Below, in pieces: positions 25,101 to 35,203 of a DNA stretch of 64,000 nt (positions are counted from its first letter, which is position 1; each line of letters begins with the position of its first letter). Made by a program: the position numbers and the translations under genes. The stretch is from Catajapyx aquilonaris (taxonomy: Eukaryota). Location: positions 62,001 to 126,000 of the forward strand of contig KZ538103.1 of NCBI GenBank assembly GCA_000934665.2, written 5' to 3'. The notes below the pieces were generated by a model. That model saw only the letters and a list, made by a program, of their open reading frames with translations. It was not told where the DNA came from and ran no database searches.

Positions 25101-25852
25101 ACCCGGTGATACAGGACTACATCCCGGTGCTGCTGGTCACCCTGACCGTGTTCCTGCTGGCCTTCCTGGTGTGCTGCGTGATATTCTACTACCGGAACGA
25201 GCTTCGAGTGTGGGTGTACTCGCGGTGCGGTGTGCGAATGTGCTACAAGACCAGCTTCGAAGAGGACCGGGAGAAGCTGTACGACGCGTACGTCAGCTAC
25301 TCGGTCAAAGACGAGAACTTCGTGGTGCAGGTGCTGGCCGCCGAGCTGGAGCACGGACACCCTCCGTACCGGCTGTGCCTGCACTACAAGGACTTCCCGG
25401 TGTCCGCGTACATCGCCGACACCATAGTGGAGGCGGTCGAGTCCAGCCGGAGGACCATCATGGTCCTGTCCAAGAACTTTATCCAGTCCGAGTGGTGCCG
25501 GTTCGAGTTCAAGTCGGCGCTCCACGAGGTGCTCAAGGACCGCAAAAAGCGCCTGATCGTGGTCCTATTGGGGGACATACCCCAGCGGGACCTGGACCCG
25601 GACCTCAGGCTGTACCTAAAGACCAACACGTGCATCCAGTGGAGCGACAAGCTCTTTTGGCAAAAGCTCAGGTTCGCCATGCCCGACGTGCGCAACAATC
25701 ACCAGTCGAGAGGCGGTGGTGGTGGTGGTGGGGGGCCTCATCTGCCGGTCAATGTGTGCTCCACGCATCACTTCAACGACGGACATTCCAGGGCCAAGCT
25801 TCATTACCCGGCCGAAACGAATCAGCCTTTGCCCCAGCCCCTTTGGGCCTGA
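22139..25852 (+). CDS. Toll-6: Toll-family receptor (multiple-cysteine-cluster long Toll, Toll-6/Toll-8 group, most like Toll-6), 1237 aa, uninterrupted ORF
   Basis: Long ORF with strong G/C bias at third codon positions. Signal peptide (aa 1-20), many LxxLxLxxN repeats, LRRCT [9 protein letters not shown] (aa ~677), cysteine cluster [31 protein letters not shown] (aa ~742), second LRR block, NGWSCEC (aa ~923), TM helix (aa ~995-1018), TIR with [16 protein letters not shown] and [10 protein letters not shown]. The motifs [34 protein letters not shown] and C-terminal LWA match my recollection of Toll-6 orthologues. Toll family is near certain; the Toll-6 versus Toll-8 symbol is less so (about 0.7). 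Confidence 0.97.
   Translation: [1237 protein letters not shown]
25121..25192 (+). other. Transmembrane helix coding region ([24 protein letters not shown])
   Basis: 24 uncharged, mostly hydrophobic residues followed by Arg, lying between the last cysteine cap and the TIR domain. Confidence 0.9.
25277..25684 (+). other. TIR domain coding region
   Basis: Box1 LYDAYVSYS, box2 region [32 protein letters not shown], box3 [10 protein letters not shown]. Confidence 0.95.
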
Positions 25853-26470
25853 CCCCCGCTCTCCCCCAAAAGGGTAAGTTCAAACTCATTTCCTTGAAAC
25901 ACACTACCACTCTTGTTGTCTGCGCTGTCTTGAGAAAATTAAGCTACATTGCCTTCAAAGATGTGACCACGACGACTCCAGCATGTCCCACTGGAATTAT
26001 TTCAGATAAAAAGAGCACTCTTGTATTTCTGCTGGTACAAAAAAAATGGTTTACAAAAAAAAAAGTGATCCTGTTTGGAATGTGTTGAGAGTCGGCGGTG
26101 CTGACCGTTTAACCTCCGCCGGTTTTAAAATACTTGTTGCGTGCAGTCTGATCAGTGTCGGACGCAATGGGGACAGTTGACATTTCAAGGCGGGGTCTTT
26201 GCCATTACCCTGCTTGTTTCAGGCTGCGGATTAAAAACATAAAAAAAAATTTGACTGGATTAAAAATGAGTGTGTTTGTGTGCTGCAGGCGGTGAAGGCA
26301 AAAACGCGACTACATGTACTAGTAAGTTGAAAAATGTAATTTTGAAATATAAAAACGCGCGGTGCAACATTGCCCTGGAGAACTGTGGTTGTTTACATAA
26401 AAACGGGGTTGCATCAGCTATATTTTTTCTGGTTCGAAACAAAAGTTATCATGTAGCTGAACTCGCACGA

Positions 26471-26522
26471 AATAAAACAGCACCCAAGATTGATTACTGC
26501 GTGTAAATATTTGCGAAATAAA
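26471..26522 (+). terminator. Candidate polyadenylation signals (AATAAA at 26471 and 26517)
   Basis: Two canonical hexamers about 620 and 665 nt after the stop codon in an AT-rich region, both inside a repeated CGAAATAAAACA 12-mer. Confidence 0.4.
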
Positions 26523-29500
26523 ACAATAACGGGATGCTAAAATATATTTCATGCATTTTCAGTTGAGCATGAACAACATGATTCCTGTGTCCTCTGTACA
26601 TGTTACCATTATCTCAGTTTTAAAAAATATAGCTCCCCCCCCCCCCTTTGCACATGTATAATGAATATATTGTGCCTGTAGCGAAAATTTGACATGCAGG
26701 TTTCCGTCACATGTAACAAAAATAGACAGAATATTCTCAAAGAAGTTATGAAAATTTTCCGCGAATCAAGCACCTGTGCAACAGATTATATTTCACTTTT
26801 TTCTAATATTCCTTACCCGCCTATCAACTCAGATTGAGAGAAAATGTATTGGGAATAACTTCCCTGTACATTTATGTTCATATAAGATCGAGCCTGTCAC
26901 CAAAATATGTTCATATTTTATGGCCCACATAATCCTTTTAGATTACAGTTTCGTTCCATTTCTTTTGAAAACTTCAGGCTGTACAGTTGTTGCATTACAA
27001 GGAATGCTGAATAATTTGTTGCTAACGACTTCCTTATAAAAAGGCCCATGGTAAATAAATAATGAAACCAACTCCATTTTCCAGTCTCGAACCGCGAAAC
27101 GTATCCACGTACCTTGTAATACAACGTACTGTGGACCTGGCCTTTTTGCGGAGCACAAACTCTGAATTTTAATTCGGCCATTAAATAGTCTCAAAAAAAA
27201 GAGCAAGCCTTGAACCTAGATTGGATAGTATAGTCAAATAATTCCTGTGTGTGCAGATATTTCCCAAGTGACCTCAGAGCGATTCATTCTGCCTCCCAAA
27301 GTATGCAAATCGTTATCTTTTCCCTTCCCCCTCCAATCCATCTCTCTACTGGTTGTGTTTGCCCTTCTCATATAATATGGCCAAAACTGCTAAATAAATC
27401 GGCGTCATCCGCCGAAATGGAGGATAAAGTTTAAAGCCTGGGTGAATCGATTAGTGTCTTCAATTGAAAGGAGTGAATATTCCATCATCGGCGGCTGTAA
27501 TCTATTGGTCCCTTGTTACTGTCAGCGAAACTGAGAGGCAGGAAATGCCCGTCTTGTTCAATTCTGCAGGAAATTGGCACTTCCTCAACTGTATTTCCTG
27601 GCCCAGCGATCGATACATTTTGGGGGGAAAAGGTGGTGCAAGGTTGGCAGGAGGAGGGGGTGCTTATAATGTATTCCAATTCCCATGGCTTCAACCCCAT
27701 GTCGAAACAACTCGCACAACTCATGAAAGTTGGGAAGGTACAGGGTTCATAAGCAACATTTTTTTTGGTCTACTCATGGGCAGTGCACAACCCTGAACAC
27801 TACATTAAAAAGTGTGTATAAGCAGCACGTGAGAATATGTCGCAACTTGTCAACTCAAGCTCATCTTTATGTGAGTATAAGCCCTCCTACTGAATAAGAG
27901 TTATAGGCCTCGTTTATGAACCGCCGGCGGACAACAAAGGAAATTATTAGTGCTGGCACCTTTTTTTCTTCTTTTTTTGTAAGGGGAGGGGGGGGGGGGA
28001 CTGCTTCACAAAATGAGGCTCTGGCTATAATTTATTTCCTCTGTTTGTTTTTCTGGATCTTCTTCTTCTTCTTATTCTCTCCCCTGCGCGAATATTTACA
28101 GGACATGCGCGCGGGATACAAATTATGTCCCATCCCCTCCTTTCTCAAGTCCTCATATTTTCTACTTGTTCCTGCCTCCTCCTTCTTCTCCTCTTTTTTT
28201 ATATTTAAAGTTGTTGTCTTGGTGGTGAACGCCCCACCAGAAACCGGTTGGGATGGACCATTTCGCTCGCGGAAGTTGCGAAAACGTGCAAAGTTAGGGT
28301 CGGTACTTACCGATGTCACGCACCGTCACGCCCATACAGATTTAGATCAACATTTTGCCTCTCATAATAATTCTTTTTTACGAAGTCGATAGGGAGGGAG
28401 TCCATATTGGGTTAAATTTATCACATAGTCACGGACCGTCACGCCGACCGTATCATCATATGAAACTTGGACATATCTCCTTTCACTCCCGGAGAATTTC
28501 ATTTTCATATACAGTAGTGGTTATCTGATATTAGGGCACGCTCTTTGGCCCGATCTTATAGGCATTGTTGCCATCACAATAGCTCTTTTATGTTCAAAGG
28601 AGGTCGCTTCTGTTGGCCGCTTTGGGCGCACATAGACCGTTGTTGTCTGGAAGGCCCTCCACCTGCCTGCCGGAGAAGGAAATCGAACCCATTACAGATG
28701 CAAATTAAAGCAGCTTTACATCAATTTCCCAGGAAGTAAATAACGGAAAAGTGTAGTCGCTTTATCCTGTTTGCCCCGCATACACAGCCGGATAAGGACA
28801 TGTGATAAATATTGTGTGTACACGCACCGCATTGTGACAGTACACAGCCTCGAGGCTTAACAGTAAATTCCATTTCGGATTATTACAATGCACCGATTCC
28901 TTGAGAGTTGACGTCACTCGTTGCTGGATAGGAGGGTAGTAGGGGCTGTGGGTGCAAAAGTGGAGGGGGTCGTAATTTTCAATCGCATTGCGCAAAACAT
29001 GCAGCAGCACAGAGCACAGCATTGATGAAAACGGGCCCGCCGCGAAATTAACATGCAGCAGCTTCATTGCGATCCGGCGTGTCAGCCTCGGATCCCGCTG
29101 CGACTTTTAATAAGCGCTCACAACTAGGCAGCTACCAAAAACTACGGATAGAAACGACGACCAAGCAACAGAAAAAAATTACAAACAAGAGCATTATTTC
29201 AAATAACCCCCGCAGATTTGGTTGCGGAAAATGGAAGAGGGCGAATTATGGTTGAAGGAAGAAGAGGGGGGAAAAAAAGGAGTGTAAAAGAAAGTCTGCA
29301 GTGGCCGTAAATCATGCGGGCAGGCCAATAGTACGTAGGCCCGCCATGAAAAGAAATTTGCGACATCTTCGAGCAGGGACCTGCTGTCTTGGCAAAACCC
29401 CGGCCACCCGAATGGATAGAAACGAACTCGAAGGGAAAGAGAAGGAAGAGAGAGGAGGGAAGAGATGGGGGAGTGGAGAGGAGGGGGAAAAAAAGTTTGT

Positions 29501-31749
29501 AAAGCGAGGTCTGAATATTTTTGGGGTGAAATACTGCCTCGAGGACTCTACGGGCAAGGGTCATGCTTTTTTGGATAAAAAAAAGAAGGGTAGGGGGTGG
29601 AGTTGGTAGAATATGGCGTCGAAGTTTTCGTTAATACAAAAAAAAAATCGATGCGAGCAAATGGTGCAGCTCTATTTGTACATACTTTGACGTCTTGCCA
29701 TAAAGAATATTGGCTGGACTCTCTTGTGAAAAGATATATTAAGTAAGATATTTTGCAGCTTGGCCCACACTGTTGGCGACCTTCATTATCTCTCACGTGA
29801 ATGACCCTAATTGTACAGACTATATACATCAACAATAGACTATTCATTACTCCAGCCCTAGGCAGGGTCCCTTTAATTGTAGGCCTAAGAAAATAAGGCC
29901 ACGATCACTAAAGAATAAGACTGACCTCCTTACATGCCATGAATTAAGTTATCCCGACTCCCAAGTTACGTCCCGAGCCGACCATTGTTTCATCACGAGG
30001 TCCTTGAAGGCAACTTATCCTTGGTTATTGATCAGTGGGACAAAAGACAATTCGTCTTAAGATAATCGTGGTGGTCAAGTCTTCTAGAGTGAGGGGGGGT
30101 TCCTTCTCTCTTATTGAGTCTCTCTCTCTCTCTCTCACGGCCCCCAAGCAGCATCAAAGTTGGTCCATGACGCCAGCGGGATCTGTAATGGATGCAAAGT
30201 GAATGCGCTCCCAAGGCCAAGCTTTTGATTGTAAGAATGAATAAGTGATCGTTTTTCATTGTCCCCTCTTCTTGACGCTTCCTTGGCACCACGGCCAAGA
30301 CTAGCCCGAGGTCAGTCCCTCTGGAGGGGGTCGCTTGCAAGCATCTTATTCCGATCACAAACCGCAAACATCATCTTGCGAAGAACAAACTCCGAAGCAA
30401 ACGCGGAAGGAACGCTACACACGCGCTTTGTTTGCGCCAGATCTGGACTCTGACACTACTTCCAAACGATGGAAAAAAAGGACAAAATTTTTGGCCGCAA
30501 TCCCAAGAACTGTAGCACTGCTCAAGGCAACATCATCAATCGCAGCTAAATCGGATTACCGTCTTCAATGTTGTGTTTGTGCGAGTCAGCTTAGAGTCAT
30601 TGTGTTTGTGTACACGGAGAATTACTGCCTGCTCCATTGTTACCCGGTTACCTATTGTCGCGTCTGCCACAACTCAGAGGGCAGACTCTGATTTTAGCTG
30701 CCTTGCGCTGGTATTACATGCTCTGGGCCGTATGCGCAGACTGTACGCGCAGGAATAGCATGTGCGCGGAGAGTGTGCGCAGTATCATATGAGCAAGGAT
30801 TACATGCGCAAAAGGCCCATTTGCGCATATTTATCCGAAATATCATGCGCAGATGCTAGTTTTTATGCAAATTTTCGACATACACGTAATGGCGGCACAT
30901 TCTGACGCCGATAGTGCGCCAGAGCCCCATATTTTGGTAGCCGGTAAGCCGGATAAAAAAAAATAAAAAAAAAAAACGTCACGCGCTGTAAAGTAGGACT
31001 AGAGGAACCGGTTTGGAAAGTGCTTGCCGCCATTAATTTGAGTGAACACAGCGGATCTTTCATTGAGTGTCCAGTACAGGAACCAATAATGATAACTAAG
31101 CCCAGGAATCAACATTAATTACCCAATCCGAGCACTCTTTTTGATCAGAGCCACCGATAGTAGTAAACGTGTCATTGCGAGTCCGCATTATTGGAACACA
31201 TATCAGGCAATAAATTTGTTACTGGCGTTGGTTATAACAGACAGTTTGAAGCCCCGGAAATGAATTTATGTACATGCAAGCTAATGAACTAATGCTGCTG
31301 TCTGCGCTAAATCGCGGTTAGGGGGGGGGGGATATCATTAAAGTTCACCTGATGCTGCCCCTGTGTGTTGCGCGGGTTGCTAAGTACACGGTGTAGTCAG
31401 ATTAGCTTAATCTGTACTTGCAGGAAATTAGACTTTGGCTGACAGTTTCGAGGGAAAGGGGATTACGCATTACTGGCAAACTGTTAGTCAACTGATGCTG
31501 CTTTTTTCCCCCTAAAACTAATTGGATTAGTCCACATGTCCGTCGCATAAAAAATCAGCTGTTCGGCACATACGTCCTTTGTAGCAAGTGGAGGACTAAA
31601 TAGGATTACTTTTCCATTAGGGAGCGTTTCATTGAACTGGGAAAAGACCAAAGGTATTTTGGAAACGCCCAATTTTAATCCCGGGTCGGTAGGAAAGGGG
31701 TAGGATAGCGGTGATGTTGGTGGTGGATGGGGGGCTAAAAAATTTAATG

Positions 31750-31756
<7 letters not shown>

Positions 31757-31813
<57 letters not shown>
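31757..31813. repeat. (GA)n microsatellite
   Basis: Directly visible, about 28 units. Confidence 0.98.
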
Positions 31814-31815
<2 letters not shown>

Positions 31816-33158
31816 GGCATATCTCTTCTGTACCAATTTGGGCATTATATTAACATTCCTCGATGAACCGTTTGGGCCCCGGACGAATTCCATTTACATT
31901 GGCTTCTAGCTGCCGGCTTCCAGTTTAATTGGGACCCGGGTGAGTAAGGCAGCAAAACACATTCACTCTTTGCGCTAATTCAAATAATCCCGGCTCTCGC
32001 ACACACACGCATTGGGTGCCTCTCTCTTTCGGGGACAAATCGCCTTTGGAAAGTGGGGAGCCCACGAAATAACAATCCCATTTCCCCCCCTCTCTGGAGC
32101 TCCCTCCTGATATTAAATTTTCATAAATCAGTTTTCTGCATTTCCGCAAGAAAAATAACACGAAAATTACGCATCTCCCCCATTCGAGCTAAGATTTGTT
32201 GCACACTTTTCTTGGAGGAAATAATCTTTTTGCCGTTTCCTCCGGAAATTTATTCTCTTGCTTGGTTGGAGTAGCTGACTACTTTGCCATTTAAAGAGTT
32301 CTGAGAGTGAAAAGAATAAGGTGGCAATATTTCGGCTTGTTCAATAAGCATCGATTGGGTATCAAAATGAGCAGCTTCAGTATGGAGAAAAGCAAATAGC
32401 ATTCTTTTATAAATATGCAATTTTGGCAATCTGCAGTGCCCTTGATAGCTTGAAATTTTGGACAATGCCAATCAGATCCGGGTAGGGCCAAAGTGAAGCA
32501 CGAGTTTTCCCTTATGTAGGGTGGTGAAAAATGGCCAACCACAAGGCGGTGTTGATCCGACGCTTGTCAATTTCATCCTTGGCTTGAAAAAATTTCGCAG
32601 ACAAAAGGGGTGGTGGTGAAAAATGAGTTCAAAGACTTGGCTTTTCATCTTTTGAGCAGGGTATAGGGAGAGGGATGGGGGTGGGGCCTTCATTAAATGG
32701 GCAACAATTTGGTGCATAGCAGATGCCAGGCGATATTTTTCGTGCCGCCTCCTTTTACGCGAATTATTTTTGCAAGGGAGATGCCCTCCTTTTTTTCCGT
32801 CCCAGTATCTCTGTCTCCATTTTTTATTCCTGTCTTGCAATCAGGGCCCGATGCGCTTTTTCAACGTCGCGATGAATGACTTGCACCCTGTACACAAAAC
32901 GCGGCTTAAAAATTGTTTGGGGGGNGGGGGGGGGGGGGGCGCTGCTACCTATCGCCAAATTAGGTTTATGTGGGCGCCTCCTTGCTCCGGCCCGTCTTTT
33001 GTCAAAATCCCTACCAAGACTTTAAATAAAGACTTGTCATAGTCGTTAGCCCGGGCCAACTTTTCATCCGCCCCTCTCCACCTCCTTCTCCACCACCCCC
33101 CAAAAAACCCAACGGGATTTTTCCGGGGATTTGTCCACGGGGGTCAATGAACCGAGAC

Positions 33159-33238
33159 GTTGCAGTAGCCAAGTGGTGTGTAGTATATGCACAAGAAAGG
33201 GGTCAATTCTCCCCAGATGACAATGCAACATTTTTTTT
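33159..33238 (+). other. tRNA-like / pol III-like element (degenerate; pseudogene, SINE head or chance)
   Basis: A-box match TAGCCAAGTGG at position 8, B-box-like GGTCAATTC, ends pairing GTTGCA/TGCAAC, T8 immediately downstream. The cloverleaf is not canonical. Confidence 0.2.
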
Positions 33239-35090
33239 AGAAGGGCGCAATTATACGTCGCAAATAAATAAGACCAATTATGGCGAAACAGTTGGGAGTA
33301 TAAATCATGTGTTAATGCCAGGTTGTTCTTGCACCTGCAACCTCACGAGTGTTGGGTGTCCTACATACAATAAATCTTTGGGTAGAAATTTGGCACTTTT
33401 GTACCTGCCAACCCACCAGTATGTAGAGGTAATAATTGCTGCGAAAGTCGTCAGCTTATTCAGACGGCAGGTGCTCATTGTGGGAGCACCCTGCGTATAG
33501 AGATTTGGCATTCCTTCATCCCCCCACATAGATTGCAATCTGCTAACAAGTGATGGGTACAGCCAGCTAAATGTACGTGCATCCCAAGCACACCATCCCT
33601 CCCTACCTCCCCCTGCCCTTCCGATGGAATGCAGGCCTGCAGGCTCGTAATTCAAAGGGCGAGCGGGCGCCTCCGACACCAGGATGTAAGCTAGTGTGTG
33701 GGGTACGTGTTTCGAGAGAGATACAGCCAAACTTCATTACAAAAACCAGACCCATACAGCAGCAACACTACACACGTGGGAAAATAGACAATAGTTGCTT
33801 GCTGGTACACTCGGAAGAAGACGAAGGTGAGGCCTGGCCCGCGATGAAAAATGGCGGTCGTGATTGATGAGATTTCTCAGAGATCAGGAGGCGTCATTAC
33901 GACCCAGGGTCATCCATCTTGCACACTCTCTGGAAAAAAGAATTTACTGGCCCTAGGTTTTCGAAATAGCCTCATGATGCTGCTGATGGAAAAAAAATCC
34001 GCTTGTCCCACATCCTGACACTGCCAATATCTTGGGACAGGTATGGTCAATGTCATACTCCAGCGATAGGTTGCATAAATGATGGTAAATCCTCGACAAG
34101 TAATTAAATGTAACCTGCCCTGTCCTTTGTTGGCACTTTAACTTATACCAGACAGTTAAAAGGTTGGAGAAACAGAGCTCGAGTGTCTGGCATATTTTGT
34201 CAGAATGTCGACCTCCTGGAGGGAAGGTCGCATCTGCTTCTAGTTTGTGCCAGTTGTCCCCCCGCTGACCTCACCCTCTAGCTTGGGAGTGAAAGGAGGC
34301 CCGGATCTGTGTCTAGGATCTGCACAAGGAACAATTCCGGTGAGCCCCGGATTTGCCTTTTCCCCCCCACAGACCAAGCAAGGGAGACAAGAGACCATGC
34401 TTCTTCTTCTTTTTCTAGAGACGGAGGGGGGGCTTTTTCTCCAGCAGTTTCAGGGACGGTCCGAGGAAGATTCCTTTTGTGCCCCGTTATCTCTCTTCTC
34501 CTCGGAGGAGCCCCCCCCCCCTTCCCCCTCCCTTACTTTGGAAAAGGAGGGCTTCGGTTATCTGCGACTGGTCAGGACCACGACCCCTTTTATGTGTCCT
34601 CCGATCATTTTCTAGGGAGCACAACTTGGCCACAGTGTTGCCGCTTATCTTGTTTACTGACACTGGGCCACACACGGGGGGTTGCTATCGGCTCGACGCC
34701 TGCTATATCTCGGCTATTAAACCGTGGGGGAGAGGAGGGGACGCTATCGGGGAAAGGGAGGCTCAGCTTTCATGTCATACAGGCCTGCTCTTGGGGTATA
34801 CCGTATATATGCGAAATCTGGCTTGGCTAGAGTTGAATTGCCTCTTACTTCAGAGGTGCTGGGATTGGCAACCATGAGGTACTCATATGGTACTCTCATG
34901 TTTGGGATTCGCTGATTTCAGTCCACACCACTGTACTGTATTCTTATTGCCCAATGATAGCACATAGGCTATCATATACTGTGATAACGCATCACAAAAA
35001 TTATCTCGGTTCAAGAAAGTCGGTTGCATATTTCATACCATTTTAAAAATGAAAGTTCGGTATTTCTACGCGAAAGGTTAGATAAAAATG

Positions 35091-35203
35091 GCCTATAGTT
35101 TCTCCAACCTTTTTAACAGCCTGTTAAGAGCTAACTGCAGGTAAAGGCTGCTAGGCCTATACAGTAGTTTTTAATGGTCAGTTAAAAAGTTGAAATAATA
35201 GGC
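35091..35203. mobile_element. Degenerate short inverted-repeat element (possibly Harbinger-like); related end at 34153-34178
   Basis: GCCTATAGTTTCTCCAACCTTTTTAAC pairs imperfectly with GTTAAAAAGTTGAAATAATAGGC. CAGTTAAAAGGTTGGAGAAACAGAGC at 34153 is a near reverse complement of the left arm. Confidence 0.45.

Noticed and set aside
22417..25804. Antisense ORFs within the Toll CDS (for example 263 aa at 23651-24442 and 241 aa at 24800-25525)
   Set aside because: Stop-poor antisense frames follow from the codon bias of the sense gene, and no domains are recognisable.
25066..26088. 340-aa alternative-frame ORF overlapping the Toll 3' end
   Set aside because: R/G/P/A-rich with no recognisable domain. 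It is the expected shadow of a GC3-rich CDS.
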